Assembly: GCA_026936335.1 (NCBI GenBank)
Contig: JAPMXV010000070.1
Location: 124,001-188,000 of the forward strand
Reading direction: 5' to 3'
From: Mantamonas sphyraenae STR306
Lineage: Eukaryota > Protista > CRuMs
DNA length: 64,000 nucleotides
Shown here: positions 34,205 to 43,100 of the stretch, one piece after another
Position numbering within the stretch: position 1 is the first letter of the stretch
Layout of the letters: the number at the start of each line of letters is the position of its first letter
Made by a program: the position numbers and the translations under genes
Notes under the pieces: generated by a model
What the model saw: the letters and a program-made list of their open reading frames with translations, nothing else
The model's database searches: none
Told to the model about the DNA's origin: nothing

Positions 34205-34969
34205 ATGAGCAGGGCGGGCACCACGAAGGCAAAGAAACCGAACAGACTCAAGTGGGAACTTCTGTGTAGGAACAGGGATGATCGGGGACACACGTGCTGG
34301 GAGCAGATCGACTTGGCAAGTGACCCACGCGACGTGGACATCTGCAACGTGTGTGTGAATCAATGTGCAGCACTGCAATCCAAGCAACGTTGCAGGGGCC
34401 ACCTGTGGTCATGTAGCAAGCACACCAATGCCCCTTGTCGACGCTATCCACGGGACTTTGGACGGGGGTGTCACGAGTTGAACCATGCGCCGCTTTGCCG
34501 ACGGTGCGAGAGGTATCGTGGCATGGTACCAGGTACACGAGAGGAACTGGAGACTGAAGGCGGGGCTGAGCATGCACGTGTGCAGGCAGAGAGAGCAGAG
34601 GAGGTGCAACAGTTGTTTGCACGGCAGAGGGAGCTGCTTGAGGGCGGGCAGCTAGCAGAGGAGGGGATGTCAAACACATCAAACAGCCGAAAGAGAGAAC
34701 GGGCGGAGCAGCAGGAGATGGATTTATTGTATGTCAACATGCAAAGCGAGTCGGCGCTGGAGTTACTGCGAACGGAAGACGGGAGCGCAAGTGGATTCTC
34801 CCCAGCTGCGATGTCGGAGATGGACGAGGACATTTCGACGACTTTTGGACAGGATGGCATGGATGTGGAGGGCGAAGGACAATCGTCCACCAGCAGCAGC
34901 AGCTGGAGGGAGGAGGAGGAAGAGGAGGAGGAGAGTGCGGCAAAACGTCAACGCCCTTCCCGAGGGTAG
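34205..34969 (+). CDS. Cys/His-rich putative zinc-binding nuclear protein
   Basis: CNVCVNQC, CRGH..CSKH..C, CHELNH..LCRRC motifs; basic NLS-like RKRER and AKRQRP; acidic tail. Confidence 0.6.
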   Translation: MSRAGTTKAKKPNRLKWELLCRNRDDRGHTCWEQIDLASDPRDVDICNVCVNQCAALQSKQRCRGHLWSCSKHTNAPCRRYPRDFGRGCHELNHAPLCRRCERYRGMVPGTREELETEGGAEHARVQAERAEEVQQLFARQRELLEGGQLAEEGMSNTSNSRKRERAEQQEMDLLYVNMQSESALELLRTEDGSASGFSPAAMSEMDEDISTTFGQDGMDVEGEGQSSTSSSSWREEEEEEEESAAKRQRPSRG

Positions 34970-35180
34970 GCCAGAGTGTGGGGCGGTGGGTTGTTTGGTG
35001 GAGAGTGTTGTGTGGAGAGCAATGGCAGTGACGGGTGTTGCAAGGGTCCATTGCGATGCGATGGGTGGAGTGCGCTCCATGAACAACACAAGGCACGGTT
35101 GAATGAGGAAGAGAGGACATGTGAACAGATGATTGTCAGCGATGATGGTGCCACTGAAGTCATACACACATCCATGGTCT

Positions 35181-36218
35181 TCATTGCTGGCGCATCTTGC
35201 CCATGTGTTTGTACGCATTGGAGCGGTTGGAGAAGTGTTCACCACACAGACACTGGCATGGCTCGCGTGCCTTCTTGCCCCGTCTTTGATCTGCATCCGA
35301 CAGCTTGATTCCATGCACCACTCCATCCCTGTCCCTCACCCTTGTGTCCACTGTGTACCTCACCGGCCTGTTCCTGCCCCTGCGTTGTGCTCGTTCCTCC
35401 ACCCTCTTCACATGATTCTCCAGATGGTATTTCTTCTTGTACGTCTTTCCACACTGGCAATGGTACCTCCATCCACCCTCCACACACCTCTTCTTGCCTT
35501 CAAACCCATGCTCGTCCTGTTCCTGCTTGTTGCTGACCCCGTCGAACAGCTGCCGTGATGCTCTTGACGAGGATGCTGATAATGACGATGATGACATCGA
35601 AGAGGGTTGTGACTCGTACACATCGCCATACTCATGATGGGACTCCTCTGGTGTCCTGTCCACGTCCGCCTCTTCCATCTCGAACGTCACATCGCTTTTG
35701 GGCGACCCACACGACTCCAGTTCCATGCTGTCCATGTCTGGGATGACTTCCACGCTATCCTCCACTTCGTTGCAGCTGCTGTCAAATGTCCATCCACCAT
35801 ACAGACGGAGCTGCTCTGGTGTCATATCCACATCCAGCACACCCATCTCGAACACATCCTCGCTCGTGAGCCAGTCCCACGGCACCATGCTCTCGGCGTC
35901 CATACCATCCTCCTCATCCCCATCCCAATCGTCATCAGCGTCGTCCTCATTGCTGCTCCCTTCCTCATCCTCATCCCATGGACATCCTCCAGGAGAAACG
36001 GGAATGCCAGCCCTTGTCCCCAAGCCACCCATGGTGTGACACTCGTCGTCACTGGACAACATCCCTGCATCCTCCTCCCTCTCACACATGCCTCCCATCC
36101 ACCTGTCATCCACTTCCTCAGAGTTGTACCAATCGTAGCCCCCGTCGTCCTCGTCGAGTCCGTCAAGCGGAACCATGTCCAGTGCTGTCCTCAGCTTCCT
36201 CGTGCGTGCTCCGTACAT
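35181..36218 (-). CDS. Acidic zinc-finger protein, copy 2
   Basis: Close paralog of 28659..29693; ORF intact, with a 3-bp in-frame indel. Confidence 0.7.
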   Translation of the reverse strand: MYGARTRKLRTALDMVPLDGLDEDDGGYDWYNSEEVDDRWMGGMCEREEDAGMLSSDDECHTMGGLGTRAGIPVSPGGCPWDEDEEGSSNEDDADDDWDGDEEDGMDAESMVPWDWLTSEDVFEMGVLDVDMTPEQLRLYGGWTFDSSCNEVEDSVEVIPDMDSMELESCGSPKSDVTFEMEEADVDRTPEESHHEYGDVYESQPSSMSSSSLSASSSRASRQLFDGVSNKQEQDEHGFEGKKRCVEGGWRYHCQCGKTYKKKYHLENHVKRVEERAQRRGRNRPVRYTVDTRVRDRDGVVHGIKLSDADQRRGKKAREPCQCLCGEHFSNRSNAYKHMGKMRQQ

Positions 36219-36550
36219 GGTTGTTGGTAATGTCTTCTGCTACGTTGCCACCAAGTAAAGTTGGACACATGCACGCACCCCAACTCGGCTCTACTTGACC
36301 CTTGGTGTCAAAGTTGAACTTTCAAGGTTCGGCCCGCTGCTGAAAAGTGAACTTTCAATGTTCACCGCGACACGTTTCCGCAAACTCACCCCAACGCACA
36401 CAGGACATGCTTCACACGCCACACACGACACCAATGCATGTCACAAGATGCAGATGACATGCTACTGGACACAGATGGATGATGGTTGGACTGGCATGGC
36501 TTGTGCATTCCCTTCCTCACCCACACACTCCCACACACTCCCACACACAC

Positions 36551-37189
36551 TCAATCACGTGCTCGCACCACCTCCATCAGCATCCCCACCTGCTCTTCAA
36601 GCTGGTTCACACGTCGTTGCAGCATCCACACACTCTGCGACGTCTCCTCACACCCACTCAGCTTCACCTCCTCCAGTCGCACACGCACAAACCCATACAC
36701 AAAGCTCATCCTCCCGTCCTTCATCTCCACACCCCTCACCTGCTGCTCCTTCACATCCACCAGATCCAGATCCAGATCACAGGAGCCAGTGAAGAACTTG
36801 CCTCCCACACGTCCCACCACACGTGTGGCACCCTCAGCTGTGCTGGTCATGGTGATGAGCATGTGGTCGTCACCCAGTCGACCCTGGATGTCCACCTTGG
36901 TGGCTGGAGTGTCCTCGAGTGTCGCATCGTCGTCGTCGTCGTCGTCGTCAGTGTGGTGGTGGTGGTGGTTGGGGATGGTCGAGTGGGAGTGCTTCACACT
37001 GGTGCTGGTGCTGGTGCCGCGGGTGGAGGAAGAGGAGGAGGAAGAGGAAGGTTGATGGGTGGTGTCACTGGTGTGGGTGGCGATGGCAGTGGTGTCTGCG
37101 TCGTGGGGAGTGGTGGACTGGTCATCATCGTGGGTGTTGTTGTCGTTGTCCTTGTTGCTGGTCTTGGTGGTTGCAGTCATGGTGAACAT
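36551..37189 (-). CDS. Cassette partner protein copy 3
   Basis: Intact ORF nearly identical to 22203..22844. Confidence 0.65.
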   Translation of the reverse strand: MFTMTATTKTSNKDNDNNTHDDDQSTTPHDADTTAIATHTSDTTHQPSSSSSSSSTRGTSTSTSVKHSHSTIPNHHHHHTDDDDDDDDATLEDTPATKVDIQGRLGDDHMLITMTSTAEGATRVVGRVGGKFFTGSCDLDLDLVDVKEQQVRGVEMKDGRMSFVYGFVRVRLEEVKLSGCEETSQSVWMLQRRVNQLEEQVGMLMEVVRARD

Positions 37190-37503
37190 CGTCCGTGTTG
37201 GTTGTTGGTTGTTGGTTGATTGGTTGGGTGGGTGGGGGCAGTGGGGTTGGGGTGTGCTTTTGTACTGACCCATGGACTGGTGAAGGGTGAACTTTGAATG
37301 TTCAGCTGGTGAGAGAGTGCGGCACCTCACCCCCACCAGCCATCCGTGTGTCCATGGCACCCACACACCACGTCATCATCTGTGTGCATCCCATCCCATC
37401 CCACTCCCAGTGCATCCATTTTCATCCCAAGGCATGGCACAAATACATACGGGAACCGGGATGCGCCTGCTCAGCAACAACAAACAACCCAGCAGCAGAA
37501 ACC

Positions 37504-39708
37504 ATGTCCACACAAGAACAGCTGCTGACAAGCATCTACAGAGAGCACTATGATGGACACCTGGCAGTGTGGATGGGAGTGGTGGAGAACAACGAGGAGG
37601 AGGAGGAGCTGGCACAGAGGGTGGGAGTGCGTTTGGAGCTGCGGTTTGGAGAGAAGGTGACGGGGAGGCTGTTCTGCGGGACGGCAGCGTACGAGTGTGA
37701 GCTGCAACAGGGACTGGATGGGAAGGCGTATGTGCGGGGTGTGGGGGACCCGGGAGTGATGAAGTGGAAGAAGATGGGAGTGGAGGTAAGTGGAAGAGGA
37801 GGAGCTGGAAGAGTGCGGCAACACAGGAAGAGAGGGTGGACATGGAATGGGATGGGGGGGAGTGGCTGACACATGGTGCAGGAGGTGATGGAGAAGGCAT
37901 GCAGGGCAGGGGAGGTGGATGGGATGGTGTGCACGGTGCGTGGGGTGATGCTGCGGTTCAGGATCTGGGAGGACGGGTGTGGAGAGGTGGCATTGGAGAA
38001 GAGCATGGAGGCAGCAAGGACAGTGGCAGTGCGTGTGCAACTGGCAGACTCGCTTCAGAAGCAGGTGGAGGTCACCACGGTGATGCGTGATGTGTTGTGT
38101 GAAGCGAACGTTGTCCAAGCTGCAAAGGCTGGGCTCTGGACGCTTGTGGAAACACTTCTGCATGGTTTTTCGTCCCTTGGATTGGTTGAAGTGCCTCGAC
38201 GGACATCTGACGTGCCGCATTCCGATCTGATGGAAGTGTACTGTGCCGCATGCCGATGCGGCAAAACTGCGGTTGTTCACCTCCCGAACGAGAAGCTGTA
38301 CCAGTATCCGAAGGGGATCGACGTGCAACACGCCACATACGGGGGACAGGATGTGACTTCTGTTGTGCGTGATCTTGTCGAAGAAGCAATGGCGCAGGGA
38401 GAGCTCCGCCTGGTGATCAAAAAGGGTGGCTACAACTCGCTCTTTGGTGATGGCAGGATGGGCAAGGTGAAGCAGCTGCGGATTTGGTGGGAACGGGACT
38501 CTGTGCTCGAAGCAGGAGAGTGGAACGAGGACACACAGTGCACGTTGTTGCTGCGCGAGTGCCTGCGCACAGACTCGAGCAACATGACGCCGGTGATGCA
38601 CGCTTGTGCCGGTGGGCACATGGAAACGCTGAACGTGTTGCTGGAAGACAGGGCGCACCACGACACGCTGGGTGCCCGGTTCCCAGAGGAAGGAGGCACG
38701 GCGCTGCATGTGGCGAGCGAAGCAGACTTTGCCGACGGTGTCATCAGGCTCATGGACACGGGCGTGTTTGACTTGGAAGCACGCAACGATCGAGATATGA
38801 CGCCGCTGATGTTGGCTACGAGGTGTGGAAACGCAAAGACAGTGCAAGCGCTGCTCCAATTGGGTGCCGCGGTGGACGCCAAGGAATCCTCAAAGGGCCG
38901 AACTGCACTTTTCGACGCATGCGCACTGGGGAAGGCCGACGTCGTGCGTGTTCTGTTGGAGAACGAGGCCGATGCAAACGCGAAGGAGGAACGATCCCAG
39001 TGGACGCCGATGTTGTCGGCGGTCAAGAGGGACAACGTGGAATGTGCCAAGCTGCTGATCGAATACGGTGCAGATATCAACGCTATGAATGCCCAAGGGC
39101 GAACTCCGTTGCACGTGGCTGTGGAAAAGGGCAGTGTGCACAGTCTCTGCGTACTTCTTGCCCTTGGAGCAGACACGAGCGTGACCAGAGGCGGGAAAAC
39201 GATTTGGGAGTATTGTTCATCGCATGAGCAATTTGAGTGCTATCGTGCGTTGATGACGGCACGGGAAAACGATGGGGCGGTGGACGAAGATGTGCTGTTG
39301 GTCGCAGCTGGCCGGCTGGTGGACAATCCAGGGAAAGAGCTGCCTCATTGGGAGGGCTTGTACAGACTGAAAGCATGTAATGGGATGTTCCTTGCCTTGG
39401 ATGAGGACGGAGAAAACGAGGAGGGTAAGGCGCGGACGAACAAGGGGGAGTGTGTGCTGGAGCTGGTGGAGACACACGTGCGCAAAGTTGCCATTGGCCT
39501 TCCCGGAGTGGGAAAGTACCTGGACTGGAATGGGCTGTGTTTCAGCGAACCACGGGCGATCGGACGCCAATGGCAGGTTATTGAGCTTGTGGACAACAAG
39601 GTGGCGTTTCGCTCCGCTGAGGGCAAGTTCCTGGTGAAGGATGTGGACGGGCAACTACTGCTCACGTCATTCCTCGGAGAGGGTGGAGAGTGGGAGTGTG
39701 TGCCATGA
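37504..39708 (+). CDS. Cassette ankyrin gene copy 3: same head, different body (lectin-like insert, about 7 divergent ankyrins, C-terminal fascin-like beta-trefoil)
   Basis: Intron 37786-37881. Identity to the other copies ends at ~38047; then HATYGGQDVT..NSLFGD..GKVKQLRI, ankyrins, and YRLKACNGMFLALD / VAFRSAEGKFLVKD motifs. Confidence 0.85.
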
Positions 39709-39850
39709 CAAAGGAATGGATCAATGTGTGGATGCTGGTGTCCTTGAAGATGTCTAGGGTAAACAACGCTCATACCCCACAGACTTCTCATGTGACTGAG
39801 ATCAACGTTGTTCTTAGTTGCCAGCACACATAAAGGCACCGTTGGTGCAT

Positions 39851-39989
39851 CATGGGCAGGGCAAGGGGGAATCGATAGCACAAAACAATAGAGAGGGAAG
39901 TAGACTCATGTCTATCGTCCTCCAACCTGTAGCAATTGAACACGGCAAAGGTGCCCTTGCTCACCGTCGGGTGCAGGTTGACCATGATG
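39851..39989 (-). pseudogene. Degenerate fragment of the giant receptor TM region (about 44718-44887)
   Basis: catgggcagggcaaggg and tcgtcctccaacctgtagcaattgaacacggcaaag(g/a)tgcccttgctcaccgtcgggtgc are shared; encodes HPTVSKGTFAVFNCYRLEDD. Confidence 0.85.
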
Positions 39990-40132
39990 AGCAACGGACA
40001 GTGACACTGAATGAAATGCAGGTGCCCAATGTGACGATGACATGCCAAGCCCAACCATGAAGACTGATGGATGATGGTTGGACTGGCATGGCTTGTGCAT
40101 TCCCATCCTCACCCACACACTCCCACACACAC

Positions 40133-40771
40133 TCAATCACGTGCTCCCACCACCTCCATCAGCATCCCCACCTGCTCTTCAAGCTGGTTCACACGTCGTT
40201 GCAGCATCCACACACTCTGCGACGTCTCCTCACACCCACTCAGCTTCACCTCCTCCAGTCGCACACGCACAAACCCATACACAAAGCTCATCCTCCCGTC
40301 CTTCATCTCCACATCCCTCACCTGCTGCTCCTTCACATCCACCAGATCCAGATCCAGATCACAGGAGCCAGTGAAGAACTTGCCTCCCACACGTCCCACC
40401 ACACGTGTGGCACCCTCAGCTGTGCTGGTCATGGTGATGAGCATGTGGTCGTCACCCAGTCGACCCTGGATATCCACCTTGGTGGCTGGAGTGTCCTCGA
40501 GTGTGGCGTCGTCGTCGTCGTCTTCGTCAGTGTGGTGGTGGTGGTGGTTGGGGATGGTCGAGTGGGAGTGCTTCACACTGGTGCTGGTGCTGGTGCTGGT
40601 GCTGCGGATGGAAGAGGAGGAGGAAGAGGAAGGTTGATGGGTGGTGTCACTGGTGTGAGTGGCGATGGCAGTGGTGTCTGCGTCGTGGGGAGTGGTGGAC
40701 TGGTCATCATCGTGGGTGTTGTTGTCGTTGTCCTTGTTGCTGGTCTTGGTGGTTGCAGTCATGGTGAACAT
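40133..40771 (-). CDS. Cassette partner protein copy 4
   Basis: Intact ORF nearly identical to copies 1 and 3. Confidence 0.65.
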   Translation of the reverse strand: MFTMTATTKTSNKDNDNNTHDDDQSTTPHDADTTAIATHTSDTTHQPSSSSSSSIRSTSTSTSTSVKHSHSTIPNHHHHHTDEDDDDDATLEDTPATKVDIQGRLGDDHMLITMTSTAEGATRVVGRVGGKFFTGSCDLDLDLVDVKEQQVRDVEMKDGRMSFVYGFVRVRLEEVKLSGCEETSQSVWMLQRRVNQLEEQVGMLMEVVGARD

Positions 40772-41086
40772 CGTCCGTGTTGGTTGTTGGTTGTTGGTTG
40801 ATTGGTTGGGTGGGTGGGGGCAGTGGGGTTGGGGTGTGCTTTTGTACTGACCCATGGACTGGTGAAGGGTGAACTTTGAATGTTCACCTGGTGAGAGAGT
40901 GCGGCACCCCACCCCCACCAGCCATCCGTGTGTCCATGGCACCCACACACCTCGTCATCATCTGTGTGCATCCCATCCCATCCCACTCCCAGCGCATCCA
41001 TGTTCATCCCAAGGTCATGGCACAAATACAACCGGGAACCGGGATGCGCCTGCTCAGCAACAACAAACAACCCAGCAGCAGAAACC

Positions 41087-42983
41087 ATGTCCACACAAGA
41101 ACAGCTGCTGACAAGCATCTACAGAGAGCACTACGATGGACACCTGGCAGTGTGGATGGGAGTGGTGGAGAACAAGGAGGAGGAGGAGGAGGAGCTGGCA
41201 CAGAGGGTGGGAGTGCGTTTGGAGCTGCGGTTTGGAGAGAAGGTCACGGGGAGGCTGTTCTGCGGGACGGCAGCGTACGAGTGTGAGCTGCAACAGGGAC
41301 TGGATGGCAAGGCGTATGTGCGGGGTGTGGGGGACCCGGGAGTGATGAAGTGGAAGAGGATGGGTGTGGAGGTAAGTGGTGAGGGAGGGAAGAGGAGGAG
41401 CTGGAAGAGTGCGGCAACACTGGAAGAGAGGGTGGACATGGAATGGGATGGGAAAAGGGGGAGTGGCTGACACATGATTGCAGGAGGTGATGGAGAAGGC
41501 ATGCAGGGCAGGGGAGGTGGATGGGATGGTGTGCACGGTGCGTGGGGTGATGCTGCGGTTCAGGGTGTGGGAGGACGGGTGTGGAGAGGTGGCATTGGAG
41601 AAGAGCATGGAGGCAGCAAGGACAGTGGCAGTGCGAGTGCAACTGGCAGGGATGGATGACCGTGTGCAGCAGCTGGAGGAGTGTGTGATGGAACAGGATG
41701 TGGCTGAGCTTGCACGGGGTGGACGATGGAAGAGTGTGGCAGTGGCACTGGAGTTGATGAGGCGAGATGGTGTGCATGAGGGTGTGACTGGAGAAGCAGT
41801 GGTGGAGGCGGTTGCGTTGGGGAGCAAGGCAGGGAAGGAAGAAGTGGCAGAAGCTGGGTTAGAGGTGTTGGAGCTGATGGTTGCAGATGGGAGGATGGAA
41901 AGGATTAAGTGGAGAGGAGACAAAGGAGAGACACTGATGATAGTGACAGCGAGGAATGGGTGGACGAGGAGGGTGGAGCAGCTGGTTGTGCTTGGTGAAG
42001 ATGTGAATGATGCGAAGGAGGACGGGTGGACTGCACTGATGAGTGCTGCAGCTCGCGGACACCAAGAAACAGTGGGCAAGCTGATTGAGTGTGGAGGCGA
42101 TGTGAATGCTGCCAATGAGAACGGAACGACCTCACTGATGAGTGCAGCACAGAGGGGACACACGGAGACAGTGGGCAAGCTGATTGAGTGTGGAGGCGAT
42201 GTGAATGCTGCTAACCGGCATGGGTGGACTGTTCTGATGAGTGCAGCACAGAACGGACACACAGAGACAGTGGGCAAGCTGATCGAGTGTGGAGGCGATG
42301 TGAATGCTGCCAATGAGAACGGAACGACCTTACTGATGAGTGCAGCACAGAGGGGACACACGGAGACAGTGGGCAAGCTGATTGAGTGTGGAGGGAATGT
42401 GAACGCTGCTAACCGGCATGGGTGGACTGTTCTGATGAGTGCAGCACAGAACGGACACACAGAGACAGTGGGCAAGCTGATTGAGTGTGGAGGCGATGTG
42501 AATGCTGCCAATGAGAACGGAACGACCTCACTGATGAGTGCAGCACAGAGGGGACACACGGAGACAGTGGGCAAGCTGATTGAGTGTGGAGGCGATGTGA
42601 ATGCTGCTAACCGGCATGGGTGGACTGTTTTGATGAATGCAGCAGAGCACGGACACACGGAGACAGTGGGCAAGCTGATTGATTGTGGAGGCGATGTGAA
42701 TGCTGCCAATGAGAACGGGACGACCGCGCTGATGATTGCAGCAAAGAACGGACACACGGAGACAGTGGGCAAGCTGATTGAGTGTGGAGGCAATGTGAAT
42801 GCCGCCAATCGGCACGGGTGGACTGCACTGATGAGTGCTGTCCGTTACAACCATCCCGACATTGTCCAACTCCTTCTCTCCAGTGGCGCCGACTCATCCC
42901 TCACCAACACCTCCGGCGAAACTGCCCACGCCATCGCCCTCAAGTACTCCAACAACGACCTGGCCGCCCTTCTCGAACAATAA
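41087..42983 (+). CDS. Cassette ankyrin gene copy 4: head + coiled coil + about 11 ankyrin repeats (alternating NENG/NRHG dimer)
   Basis: ATG 41087; intron 41372-41483; exon 2 corresponds to ORF 41478..42983. Confidence 0.92.
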
Positions 42984-43100
42984 GCCCGACCCCAATCCCC
43001 CCCCTCCCTCTCCCATCCTCTTCATCAATCAACATCCATCTCCACCTTCATTCCTCCTTTCCTCCCTCCTTCCCTCCTTCCTTACCTCCCCACCCCCTCC

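Noticed and set aside
22203-42983. Cassette as a classical transposon (TIR, LTR or Helitron)
   Set aside because: No transposase, RT or Rep-helicase ORF, terminal repeats or target-site duplications were recognisable; all copies are local and in the same orientation.
17511-42983. Bacterial endosymbiont or giant-virus insertion as the source of the ankyrin cluster
   Set aside because: Most genes carry host-type spliceosomal introns and host-like composition, and no viral or bacterial hallmark genes are present. Ancient transfer cannot be excluded without phylogeny.
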